Source of the DNA: Mizuhopecten yessoensis
Taxonomy: Eukaryota
Assembly (NCBI RefSeq): GCF_002113885.1
Contig: NW_018408494.1
Span: forward strand, 319,316-383,315
Length of the DNA: 64,000 nt
Direction: 5' to 3'
The notes below the pieces were generated by a model, which was given only the letters and a program-made list of their open reading frames with translations, made no database searches and was not told where the DNA came from. Below are positions 11,931 to 25,149 of the stretch, piece by piece; position 1 is the stretch's first letter, and the number at the start of each line of letters is the position of its first letter. Made by a program: the position numbers and the translations under genes.

Positions 11931-14900
11931 TAGATGATAGATTGTATACACATACCATTATAAGTAGGTAGATCATCGTTGTGTCTACTTTATTCCTTTG
12001 TCTCTAGCTATGGGATAGTATACACTTATTGCCCAGGAAGTAGGGAGATATGAAGTTTGTTTCCCGAGGTAATTAATTCTGTTTCCCAGAGAGAAGGATC
12101 CCAGGAGAAATATGATTCAGTTAGTGAGATATACTTTAATATCTCCCTACTATCACAGCAATAAATCGTTTATTATACCAATACAGAAAAACAGTATAAA
12201 GAGAAAATACATCATTGAAAGGGCAATAACTCTGTACACACTATAGATGGGATTCCAAATTGGGGAACATAATGCGGGAGATTTAATGTTTTGTAAACTT
12301 ATGCACATGATTCAAAAGATATGTTTTGTCTCCCAGTCTGATGATGTATTTAAATAAATCAAACACATCAGTACACTATAAAGGATAACATCGACAATGT
12401 ACATCATTTACCTCAATGTAAAACTTTGAAACCCTATTTACTCAGTTTTATGTTTAAAAGCATCTTGATTGATACATTTGTTTCCTAATAATGATATGAA
12501 CTGGGGAAAAAAGAACTGTACAAAAACATGCATGAAAAAAATAAAAAGGTCATAAAAGATGTTTCTGTTGTTTTGTATTTATTATAGATATAGTATTGTG
12601 AAGTCTCCCTTTCATCATTTCACAGTCACCAGTTTTTGGTGAGGGATCACTCATAATTCTGATATAACAGTAAAGAAAATAAAAACATGAGTTGAGGTTC
12701 ACTGTTATTACCCTCAGCCAATAAAAAGTTATGGTTTTGGACAAGCTTTACACAATTTTGACCCATTGACTTCTTGCAACAAAAGATGAGCATACTGTAA
12801 CACACTCACATGTGACGGCACCTATTAAATTTTGTAGTTGATGAATTTACCAAAAATGAATTACACTGCTCCATACAGCTGTTTCGTACCTGAAGGACTC
12901 ATCCGGAATGACTTCGACCCTTTTGATATGGCCCTAGATAATTATGTTATGCGACGCTCCTTCTGGTAATGATGGGCACTTCTATAAAGTTTCATAAGAA
13001 AATATTATAGCAATCAAAAGTTATCCTCCTTAAAAACATAACGAAGATTTGACCTTTTATCCCTTGCTATGACCTTGACATTTATGTTACGAACACGTTG
13101 CTTTTTGAAAGAAATCAGAAATTATGGTATGTAAAAAACATTCCGATCTTTGACCACTATCATCGTTCGAATTCCTGGGCAGGGCACCAACAAAACACCC
13201 ATGTGTTGTGGAACAATGTAGACTTAGAATTTTATTCACTTCGCATTGTGGCCATGACAGTGAGTCGGAGACCATACCCCTATCCTGGCGTTGGCTCCCT
13301 CTGCAAGATCTCACAGAGAGTACATGTAGTTCTAAAGCACACCAAGTGCTGTACGCGAGTCATCCCTGCATGACCCTCCGGCCGAGGCCTTCATCCCTGG
13401 CCTCCCTCTCCAGAGGCTCACATTCTCGAACCTCGAATTTCCGTCTCTCAACTCTAGACTCCCAACTCCCTTTAAAATTCTCCCCAAGTACTTTTAACAA
13501 TTTATACAACGTTAACTATTCAAGAGTAGGTAACACCTTTTGTGCATATGTAATGAGGCACGAGAAGCAATTAACTGAATCTAACTACTAAGCAGACTTT
13601 CCTCTTCCAAAATAATAATACTAGATGTACCGTACGGATATGACGGTTATATTTTTTACCCTTTTTGTTTTGGGAGTTCTCACTCTCGTTCCTATGTCAT
13701 CCATGATAGCCGTTTAGCAAGTTATCTACAATTCAACAGCCCCTCTGTCAGTCAATGCACGATGTTACCCAAATCGTTAAATTTGACCTCGGATGAACTT
13801 TTGACCAAAGTGCTGCTCTCTACTGATACCCAATATCTTACATGTTATAAGATGGTTCCATTCTTTTTTATTTATTACCTGATTTACAGCCAATTTTATT
13901 ACAAGAAACGGGATTGAGACAGATCCAAATGAAGGAAAATGACAAAAACTGAACAAAAATCTTACAATACCCATCGAAAACCATAAAATTCAAGAGTATT
14001 GCAGAAACTATACATATTAATATACTATTGGCTTTATACGTCTGTGAGTATTGTAAACAATACTTGTAGCATAAATCTACAATTCAGAGAAAAGCCTTAA
14101 GTGCCTGTCGGCATCCTCATCTCACTATTGCATTAAACCATCGAAGTCGTGGAAACCTTCGTAATCAAAACTCTATAGTGTAAATAGACCTGTTACATTT
14201 ACAGCCATACTTTCCTTCCGAAGTAATTACTGTTCCTATTACATGAACGTTTCATTTTCTTTATACTCTACTAGATAGAACAGATGGTATGTGACGAAGT
14301 CTCTAAAGACGGCCATTTTATATGAAATATTCACGTTTAGAAAAGTTATGACAGAAATTTAAAAGTACTTAAAAGTTCTTTAAAACGGGAGAAACACATC
14401 TGACATAGATTCAGTGAGACTACAAGTTTCCTCCATACATGTATATAATTGATATATTGTGTGGCTTTAGAAAAATATTTTTGTGTTTGTCCTAAACCTT
14501 ATGAAGACATGTACACCCCCGAATCTGGAGAGCTCGGACTTAGCATGGTTATCAGCTTGTCTGATATAGAGAAATAGGAGTTTGACGAACTTTTAAAGCA
14601 AAACACAGTCACTGATATAAGGACTGATGAACGGCATTTTTGTTCAATTTCATACCGGCATGAACATTGAAAAAAATGCCGTTCAATCCTTTAATTATAT
14701 TTACATTCCGATTTTCAAGCTATTATTGAACTAAATATATAAACATGTATTCCTTTACTTCAAAGTGTCTTATGTCGTCAGTGCAAACGAGATTCCTTGA
14801 GCATCCTAACGTCACCAAAATGTTTGCGTACTTGTTCGGAGGTCTCATATTATTCGAGGCGGGAGGAGAAACTTCAAAATGACGCTGATCATAGCTCTAT

Positions 14901-16093
14901 GATCAAATTCAGTTGGCATTCATGTAGGCTTTGAATGCCATGGACCGATTGTTGACGTCATCATTATTATGACGTCATAATTGTTACGTTGGATACCACT
15001 GACCCTCCGTGGGCAATTGTTATTCTATTCAATGAAAAAGCATACACGATACTTAATTTTTTTGAACAATAAATGCTGATTGATAATAAGAGTAATTGAT
15101 TTTTTTATGAGATGAATCGATTACAAAAATACAAGTATTGAACTGCTTTCAGTTGCCATTCATAGGCAATATGAATGCTAAATGGACAAAGGCAAATTCA
15201 TTGAAGTGCATTATATTAGCAATTAGTTTGTTTTCCCGATATCATTATTTCTTAAAATTCATGTAGACTTCCCTTCTTTTAACTGTTCAAAATATCCTAT
15301 ATCTGTTCTACATGGGGGATCTTAGCTACATCAAGAAACCTTACCTACAAGCGAAATGTTTAAGGAAGATATCATAGTACCAAAGAAATACTATGCGTAC
15401 TGTATCGTTCTTATCAGGTAAAATACAGTGCCATGGCGATCTTTCTCCGGATTCTGTCCGTTCCATTTATTATAATAACTACATACGGAACACATCGAAC
15501 ACTACGTGCTGAACAAAGAAAACACCAACTGAGTTCCGAACATCAATTAAAAAAGGATATTATCAAGAAAGATAGACAGTTTAAAGGATAACCAGAATAG
15601 TAGGGTAAGTAACCGTCAACTGATCAACTCATTTGGATACAGAGACATTCGGATTATTCCCGGATATATATTACTCACATGACTTGTAGCAAGACACTCT
15701 GAAGTCCCACGTGTGGCCACGATCGATGATAATATTTATACAACACAGGGGCATGTTATCTGGTTATGAGCACTCTTTCTGTATTTGTTTGTTCATTTTT
15801 ATTAAAAAGACGAATATTTCAGTAGTCAATAGAGATATAAAATAGTTAATTTAAAAAAATTAACAGTAAATTTTAGGAATATTTATTACAAATAATATCA
15901 TCACAGGCCCCTGTGATCAGCAGGGTAAAGTAAATGCACGTGTCAATCACACAGCAATATAAACAATTACGACCTGCATCAAGTTGTTGCATTAAAAAAA
16001 TTGGAAACATCCTTCAAAATGTCGCAAATAATGTATTTTATTTGTGTATTAAATTGATAGGTACAATTAATAGTAGACCAGGAATTTTAGTCT

Positions 16094-16129
<36 letters not shown>

Positions 16130-16494
16130 TTNTATGTTGAAATAGATCACAGTCATCACCTGCCTGTAGATAAAAAGAGCCCTATTCTATATTAAGGTAG
16201 GACTCATTTTATACCACCCTCGTGAAACAGACATCCCGGCTCGTTCCCCACACACAAAAATTGCCCATTATGGCTGTGTGACATAAAAATTAGTTCTCTA
16301 TTATGGACTCTATATCGCAGAAAAAAAGGGGACAACACCCTTTCTTTATATAATATTTGATTCCTTTGCTCAAAGGATGCTGCATAACAAATTTGGTTAA
16401 AATATGATCAACTGCTTGGTCTCGAAGAGTAGTCTTTCACAGACTTAATTACTCACATAACCTCATTTTGGGCCTTGCATGTGAGCCCCAATTT

Positions 16495-16862
16495 AAGCAG
16501 CTATTTAGCTCATTCGGTAAAGCGTAAGACTAGTTAGCCAGAGGTCTAAGGTTCGAATCCTGACAGAGGCATTGAAAAAATAATGACCTCTAGATCTGTT
16601 ACATTGGCGCCCACGTACGTATAGGGACGCGGGAGATTTAATTGACAAAAAATACTCAGCAATACTTGCAATGGGATCGCTATGACCCCTGGAAAACTTG
16701 CGACTAGTTCCTTCCTGGAGGGAGAGTATGTCACCCTGACAAAATACTAGGCGCTTCCTACTGACTCGGCTTAGGGAGAAGTTCTCTTTAGTTGACATTC
16801 AGTAGAGCGCAAGACTAGTAAACCAGAGGTACCGGGTTTGACTCCTGGCAGAGGCATTGAAT
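16495..16862 (+). mobile_element. Degenerate TRIM-like mini LTR element whose LTRs contain a tRNA-like sequence
   Basis: tRNA-like A box (tagctcattcggtaaagcg) and B box (ggttcgaatcc), LTR-like end ...ctgttACA at 16603, then PBS-like TGGCGCCCA...AGGGAC (tRNA-Lys type), a purine tract agggagaag at 16773-16781, and a second truncated direct copy at 16797-16862. Confidence 0.6.
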
Positions 16863-16911
16863 GTGCAGTCAAACCTCCATAAATCTAACATTGAACTGCA
16901 TGGTGGCTTAA

Positions 16912-17557
16912 GGTCATTGGAGTGTATTGATAAACGGAAACAGGAAGTACATCCCTAGTTGAGAATCCAATGTAGGGAGACAGTATCACGATTTCCGCAA
17001 ATTCTAATGTTTAATATTAAATTGACGAATATTGTATGTTTATTAATGACAGAACAGTGTGTTCTCTCAATATTAAAGTATTTCAAAGCAATCCAGGCAT
17101 TGATTCAGGTGTTTTTTTATCAATGAGTCACATGTGTCCATTTTTTTCTTTACTTCAGGAAACCGGCTACCTATTTCACTACTGTGAAGTTTTTCAAGAA
17201 CGATAACTCTTACCTGCAATTACTATGTGTATATATGGTTTTATTATAAAATGTCAATTTTTATATCGTGTATAGAGAATTAATTTTACACAATTTCAGC
17301 ATTTATTAAATTGATATACATTAATGCAATACTTACATATGTCAGTACTTTTTGTTTTGACATTATTTTGTAAAAATATTGTGTCTTTCATTTTTTTTTC
17401 AAAATTCACTCCTTTTTACATAAATTTCCATTTAAAATCCTTAAAATTCTGACAACCTATATTCTTTTTGTGGCAGAAAATTTTCTTTACTTTAAAGCAA
17501 TATAACTACAAAAATTTAAGAAATTCTACTGAGAAATGGTGACACAATCCTATTACC
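16912..17557. mobile_element. Non-autonomous DNA transposon with TTAA target duplication (Kolobok-like)
   Basis: ttaa|ggtcattggagtgt ... acaatcctattacc|ttaa imperfect TIRs. The flanks rejoin as tggtggct...tccagatttcccc, which recurs uninterrupted at 17627-17665. Confidence 0.6.
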
Positions 17558-19186
17558 TTAATCCAGATTTCCCCCTTCTATGATGTTAACACTACTGATA
17601 TTCCATTTATAAATCAAACTTTAAACTGGTGGCTTTACTATAGTAATAGTCCAGATTTCCCCCTTATATGATGTCAACACTATCGATATTCCATTTATAA
17701 ATCAAACTGTTATGAGTAGAATTTCTCGTTGTTTTGAACATCAGTCAAGGCCCAAATGTTAGGAAAACATTAACAATTACAGCTAATAATTTAAAGTACA
17801 CCTGAAAACATTGATTGGTCCAGAGGATCTTGGGATCATTATAATACCTAAACATGCAAACTTTAGTGTATATAAATACATGAAACATATCTTTCTATTT
17901 ACACTGAATCTAATATTTATAGATTTCAAAATTAATTTCTTGCCTTGTGTTCCGTCTCTTAACAAACATGATCTCAAACATGTTTGATGTTCAACATTCT
18001 CAAAGGTCAATCTCAATGTTTCCAATTTTTCCTGATGGTACTGCTAAGTTCAAAACACAGAGGTTTGACTGTAGGTGTATATGCTTGAGGACTAATTATG
18101 ACTTATCATACATTGTATATGGAGCCCAGTTTATGACCCAGAGAAAACAGATTTTTTTCCCCCATTGCATCAAGATAGAACCCCTGGTCCTTATTAATAC
18201 AGATAATTTCCCAGTACATCCAGATAAAAATTCTGGTAATAATTTGGAAATTGGACAGATTTCTTTGAAGCACATTCAGATGTATCATTTAATCAAATGA
18301 ACATCTTAGGTGACTTCATCAAATGGATAAATAAAATTATGCCAATGATGGTCCAGTAATGTGTAGATAATGTGGTGTTAATGCTTAAATTGACGATAAG
18401 GATGTGACATCAGTGATGAAGTGAATGAAGATAAGATAATGAAACTACGATGATGTGACCATGACGACGATGATGTTGACAACAGTGATTGATACACATA
18501 GATTTTTGTCTGATGATACTGCTTTATTTCTTCTCTTTTATATGCAAATAAATCACATTTGTCTGAGATCCTTTAATAGAATACAATTATTGTTTCAGCT
18601 TTTCAGACTTGATATATTACTCTGAAGAGATCCTCTGATTGAACTGAAGGGATATTTCAACTTCCAGCAGAATGACCGACCAAACGGTATTGGTATAATC
18701 CACTTATTTATCTCAAGGACAGCCAGTTAGGTATTGGTACAATTGATCTTATCTTTGTTCGGAATTTGTTCCAAATTGGATTGGTTGATAAATTGAATTT
18801 TTAAAGAAAGAAAAAAGTTCTGGAAAAGTGGTATCCATTAAATTTACAAGGTGCATACAAATGTACTTTAACTATCTAACCTGTACCTCTATACAAACTT
18901 ACTGCAGCATGTAACTTCTTGTCTAAATAGCTTTGCATTGTAAATTATTTTATGAAGGTTACTTTAGATTTTGTTTATTTACGCTGTCACCAGAACTTTA
19001 AATGTCTGTATATATATATATATCTCTGTCCAGGGGGCAGCTCCTGTACTATTTCACAGAAGATTACCAAATTTGGTATTTAAGTATATAGAAAACAGGT
19101 CAGTGATCATGAGGTCACTGTGAACTCTGACATGTACAGTATCTGTTTTTGAAAAAAAAAAATCAAAGCTAAGCTTCCATACTTAA

Positions 19187-19801
19187 AGGGGCTGGTCAGG
19201 GAAAATGTTTAAAATACCTTCTTATGAAATATACCGATTCAAGTTTTGCTGAAATTCACTCCATAGAGTAAAAAATATAATTATATTAAAGAAATCCTAA
19301 ATCGTCACCCGACAGTCTAAAACTCTCAATTAACCCAGATCAGTGATGTAATTTTACCGAACGCGCGTCATCAACAAGGCCAAATGTAAACATCGCTGCG
19401 AAAGAAAAAGATGCATGCAAAAGTCATGACAGGCACGAGGTATCAATACCGTTATATATAACAACAACATATAGGTAGGAATACTACACTTGCATCATCC
19501 ATGACCTTTGAAAACATTTATTTACGTATAGTAATGCTGTCTTGTCCGCTAGTTGAGTCCGACATGGCTGATAGACGGCATGCTTTTGTTGTTATAATCA
19601 CTGCCTCACTTTCGAAACAACCACGTGACATATATAAATAGATCTGCGCTAAATTTACGCGGGGCTTCCCCAAGATTTCAGTGGTCAAAATTGGACAATG
19701 CAAGCAGAACTCGACCATCATATTGCCGTGGTATAACTTTTGGAAGGCCAGAGAACGCATTTTGACCCATTTATTTTGTATTTTTTCCCCGACCAGCCCC
19801 T
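19187..19801. mobile_element. Non-autonomous DNA transposon with TTAA target duplication (Kolobok-like)
   Basis: ttaa|aggggctggtcaggga ... tccccgaccagcccct|ttaa TIRs. Confidence 0.75.
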
Positions 19802-20799
19802 TTAACTTATAGGAGCACCGTATCTGGTTCAGGATATTCATCGTAGATACTATTGACCTCTGTCATAGTAAAAGGCTTCTCTCTCACACTTTGGCTTACC
19901 TTTGTACTACATGTATCTTACTTTGGTATGTAAGTACATTTTGGAACTTTATGCCTATGTATGCTAAAAGTAGGTCACTGTGATCTATATTTTTTTTAAA
20001 GTTGGTTTCAAACCAAACTTCTATACCATAACATGTGGGAGCATCAAACTTGGTACAGAGACACATTTGAGTATAGTGAAGTGTCACATACTAAAAGTAG
20101 GTCACCATTACCTCTATATGACCTTTCGCTACTATCATAGAAATGGGCTTGTTCACGCATAACTTCTTTACAACACCTATAAGCATCATTTAGAAAAAAT
20201 ATGTTCTTGTTTCGTTAATCCAGAAGTTGCAGAAGTTCAGACTTATTTTGGACGATATCAAGATGAATCAGATAACACTACAGTATATGAGTGACAAAAA
20301 TAATTATCAAGTAACAAAACCAAACAAAGGCAAAAAGAATAAAAGTAATGAAATTTTATTGTTGCTAAAATATAAACATGAAAAGACAGGTAATTATAAA
20401 TTAATCAGGTTAACATTCCCCGATATATGACCTTTATATATACAAACAATAAAATAAGACTGATAATCAAGTATTTCAAATTCCAATTAACTTACCAACA
20501 ATCTTGTTTCGACTAGTATATAAGTTTAACATTTTTGACCAAATTTTGAACAGGCAAGTAGTAATTAAACACTATTTTGTGTAAAGAAGATGAATCCACT
20601 ATATGGGCAAATATTACTACACAGCATATTACAGCATATTACTACACAGCATATTACTACATGCAAAGTAATTCCACTGTGAAGTGTCAAATGAACACAG
20701 GACTAAAAATTTGGCTTTTACCGATGAAGGATTAATTATAATATTTCACAGGGAAGGCATTTTCCAGTTTACAGTATGACCGACACTTATCATGTTTAT

Positions 20800-23700
20800 T
20801 CAGTCAGACTCTTTTGAATTTTCCTCGTCCTCCACATTGTTGAGGTTTTTGGTGTCTTTGATGTATGCCGTGATCATGCCCTCCAGTACATTCAGCGGTA
20901 CGGGCCCACATTGTAATATAGCCTCATGGAATTCACGAACGTCAAAAGCATCACCTGTAGTCAGACAAAGAATCTAAAGCAGATGTTTAAATTCACCTTG
21001 CGGTATTTAGTTTATGCATATATACATTTCATTGATGGAAAGCGGTTGTCATTTGGCATTGTATTTAAATGGACACTTAGAGGCATCAAAATAAACACAA
21101 CAGTTTAATATTTACTATGAAGAAAAATCAGAACAAAACAAATTGTCAACAACAATATAGTTACATTACAAAAGGTTGAAGCAGCACACATTGTTCACCT
21201 AAAATTTTCAGATGATGTTCATGGGTCATTGTTACGTACGTACCTAGTTCCTTTTCTGCTCTCTTTCTCAGTTCTTTGATCTTGAGTTCACCTATCTTGT
21301 ATGCACAGGCCTAGTAGAAACAGAAAGTAGACACTTAATAAGATTTAATTATACGTACAGTACCTAAAACAGGTACTTATCTTCAGTTTTGAAATATTAT
21401 GCAAATGATTGTTACTTACTTTTTGTACACAATGTTTATCTTACAGTTTAAAATTACCTTAACTTTCTGATGATTGGTCAAATGTCTATGAAAATACCAT
21501 ATCTACAATTTTGTATATTGAATTCAGCATTGTGTATCTTCAACTAAACATTAAAATAAAATCACAATTTAGCTGTATTTTAGCAAGTTAGCATATCATT
21601 TTTTCAGCATTATAAGATATTTCACATCCTAGCTTCCCTGTTCAGTATGTTTCAACTTTACCATAAATTGCTTCATTCTTTCTGCATCCTCCACTTTTCT
21701 TATCCTGAACACCCCATTACCACAAGCCTACTGATAAATTCAACATTCTTACCTGTCCGGGCCAAGTGACGTAGCGTTTGGACTCACTGTCAGCGAACCA
21801 TTCATGCATGAATGCTCTTTCGATTAAGTATTTTTTGGTACTCTCTAAAGACCACCTACAACAGAATAACTATATGAATATGAAACTGTCAAATCAGGAT
21901 TACTGTACACAAAATATGAAATTCTATTTATAGCAGTGGTGACCTTCACCTTCACCTAACTATCATCTGTCTATAGTGATCACCACCTGTCTCTAGATAC
22001 CAGTGTCTTTCAATTAAGCATTGAACTGTTTTTGTATGGTATTTATGATCTATTTGAATGACACAGCTTTGCAAGCAAACAACATAATGTGCACTAAGAA
22101 TCCAGACGTGAATTATTTATTTGATGATTGTATTGGAATCTGACTACAGTCGGTAGTTTCTATAACAGCCTCGTTATTTAACATGTCGTCAGAAACTGAG
22201 GAAACCGTGGCTGCGAGACACGTGAAACTGATAGCGTTTGAAGTGAGTGATCTTGTGACGGAGGACAAGGGTTTGTTACAAATGTCTGAAATGTTTATGT
22301 GTGCTGTGACTCATATTAGTAGGTCTGTAACATATGTGTCAGTAGGTCTATAGAATATGTGTATTTCAGACATTTGTAACGAACCCCTGTTGATCAGTGC
22401 AGTGTAACAGACGATATTTCTGATAAATTGCATGAGCGTTTAAATTGTTACCATTGCCGGCATTGGTGATTTCAACGGATGTGCATTTTGTACGATATTA
22501 CAGACCTTGCATGGTCTTGTTTTTGTTGTAATAAAAGTTTTTTTTATTTCATTTTTTATTTTGCACAAAAATTTACAATGACATTGTCAAGTCTCACAAT
22601 GCCCAGCGATATTTCAGCAGCCGTCGTGTATATTTATATTGGATATTGTAGTTCCGGTCAGTGTTGTTTTAATACGCTAAGAATTGTGTCTCGGGCTGCA
22701 TAGTGATTAAATTCCCATCAACGACACAGCTTTCAAAGAGGCTATATAGTGACCATGCCATGCAAATGTAAATATACCTCTTTGCTTTCATCATTGTCAG
22801 ACTGATTAAAAGGCAGGTAAGACTTTATCACAATTAAGAAGTTGACATACCCCATTGCATGTAGGCCAGTATCCACCACCAGACGTGCCGCCCGCAGGAT
22901 TTCAAACGTGTATCTGCCAAAACTGTATACAAATGTACAAAGTAACAAGGATGAGTGGGTGGCGATCCTTGGAGTAGAAATGGGTGGACTCAACTCATTC
23001 ACCCCTGAAGACACATTTGAACTCTTCCAATTCAAATGTTGGAATAGTTCATTATGAGGTTTCAGGGGTGAAGGAGTTAATATAGGAATAAGTTTCATCT
23101 TTCTCAAAGTTTTCATTCATCATTCATAGCAGTGATACTCATTGCAGAGAGGAAACGGGCATAAACTAAATTGTCACAGGGACAAAAGTCATGACTGATG
23201 GTAAAGTTGGCATATTAAAGTTAAACTATGGGGAAGATTTCTTGTCATTTGTTTTAAGAGCAGTGTTATTTTCACAATTTCAGTGGTAAGATGAACCATG
23301 AATTCTACACAAATCTGAACATACAATCTTAAAAATTCCAAACCCACCACTGTGAATTAGAATTTTCCAAATAAATGTGAAAAACCAATAGAAGCAGCAT
23401 ATAGTATTTAATATTGTTGATTGAGGCACAGATGAAAGCCTGTTTGTGATGGGTAATACTTACAGTTCATAATTTGTGCTGTATAGTCCTAGCTCCTCTC
23501 CCAGTGACTCGCAGTAAAGTCCCCAGCCCTGTGGACAAACATCAGTACAAAATGATAACCAACAAGATTGTTAATTCATCTGATATAACAAATGAAAAAT
23601 TAATGTGTCTTTGGTATAATTGAACAGCTTGAATTGCTTAAAACTGAATGTGGTGGTATAAAGTAGCCAATACTTCATTCAATACACAAATCTGTCTCAA

Positions 23701-25113
23701 AGTGAATTGTGGGTTGCAAAGATGATTTTGAATACGACATAATTCTGTCTCCAAACATGCTGACTGGGTACTGGGAGGACTGCATTAGAGGTGGCTGAAT
23801 TGCGAGAAAAAGTAATGAAAGTATTTCAGTATGAATGGAGATATATTTTCTGTTTAAGTTGTTTCAGATCATATAAAAACACAGCAGCCACTGCCCTCAA
23901 TGGAGACTAATATAATAGTTAATACACAAATTACGAAGAATTTGTAACCTTATTTTATATGAAATAGATGACAATGTCTGCAATCTGGAAATGCATGATG
24001 TTCATGATAAGTTACCTCCATGTAAGCGGTGTGGAGGGAGAATCTGGTGGGTGCCCGGGAATACTTCATGTCCTCTATGTACTGACGGAAGGCTGGCATT
24101 CCCTTCTGCTGTATGGCGTACATACTCTGTAAGGCAACAGGGTCCATACATTGTAACAAACAGTATACTAGTATACAGAAACTGATATCTCAAACAAGAG
24201 GCCTAAGAGACCTGTACTACTCAACTAGCTGTTACAAAATGGTTGTACACAAATATAAAATTTATTAAAGCTGTAATTGTTAAACAAAGACGTTTTATAC
24301 CAGATTAATTAACAACATATCCCAGAGTGATCTCGGTGCTCACCATAGTACCATCTTTATTAGTTCTAAGTCAGTTTGATATTTTCTCTTCTTTTCTCTT
24401 ATCTGTTTAATTGACTCATGTAAACAGTAAATGCACCTTGAGGTAAATTTTTATCTAAACTTAATACTGATGTGTATGAAAGCCAACCTTCAAAGTGAGT
24501 TTGTCATTTCACATATTTACTAGTACAGTACTAGATGTGAAAGAAATACAACTGATCATTACAATATCAGAAAGATCTGTTAAGTTCTTTCTGCAGCCAT
24601 CTTGTTTTTATGATCACTCTCAAAATGAAACATGCACAACTAAGGACCAAAGGCAGCCTGCATTTGATGGCCACCTGTCAATTGATTTGTTCAATCCTTC
24701 AGTCTCAAATGAAACATGCACAACAAGAGACCAAGGGGAACCTTCAAATTTGAGAAAGATCCCTCTAGTACATTCACTGTCAATCTCCAAGATGGCTGCC
24801 TGCTGGCCATTTTGTTTATCTGGTCAGTCTCAAAAGTAAACATGCACAAAAAGAGACCAATGGCAACCTACATATCAAGTTTGAGAAAGATCCCTCCTGC
24901 ACTTTCTGAGAAAAAGTGATAACAATGCAAGAATTGTTTAAGGACGGACGACAGACGACGGACAACTTACAAGAGGCAATTTGAATAGCCCGCCATCAAG
25001 TGACGATGGGTGAAAAAATGTCCAGCTGTATATCAACAAAAAGGGTTTTTATTTTACCTTACAATTTTATACCTTAGGGGAGGGGATCAAAGGAGCTTAA
25101 AATGTATGTCTGA

Positions 25114-25149
<36 letters not shown>

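Noticed and set aside
12780-15800. CpG-richer intergenic block with short ORFs (13098-13591) as a gene or transposase
   Set aside because: No recognisable protein motifs, consistent splice structure or clear termini. Probably decayed repeat sequence that I cannot classify.
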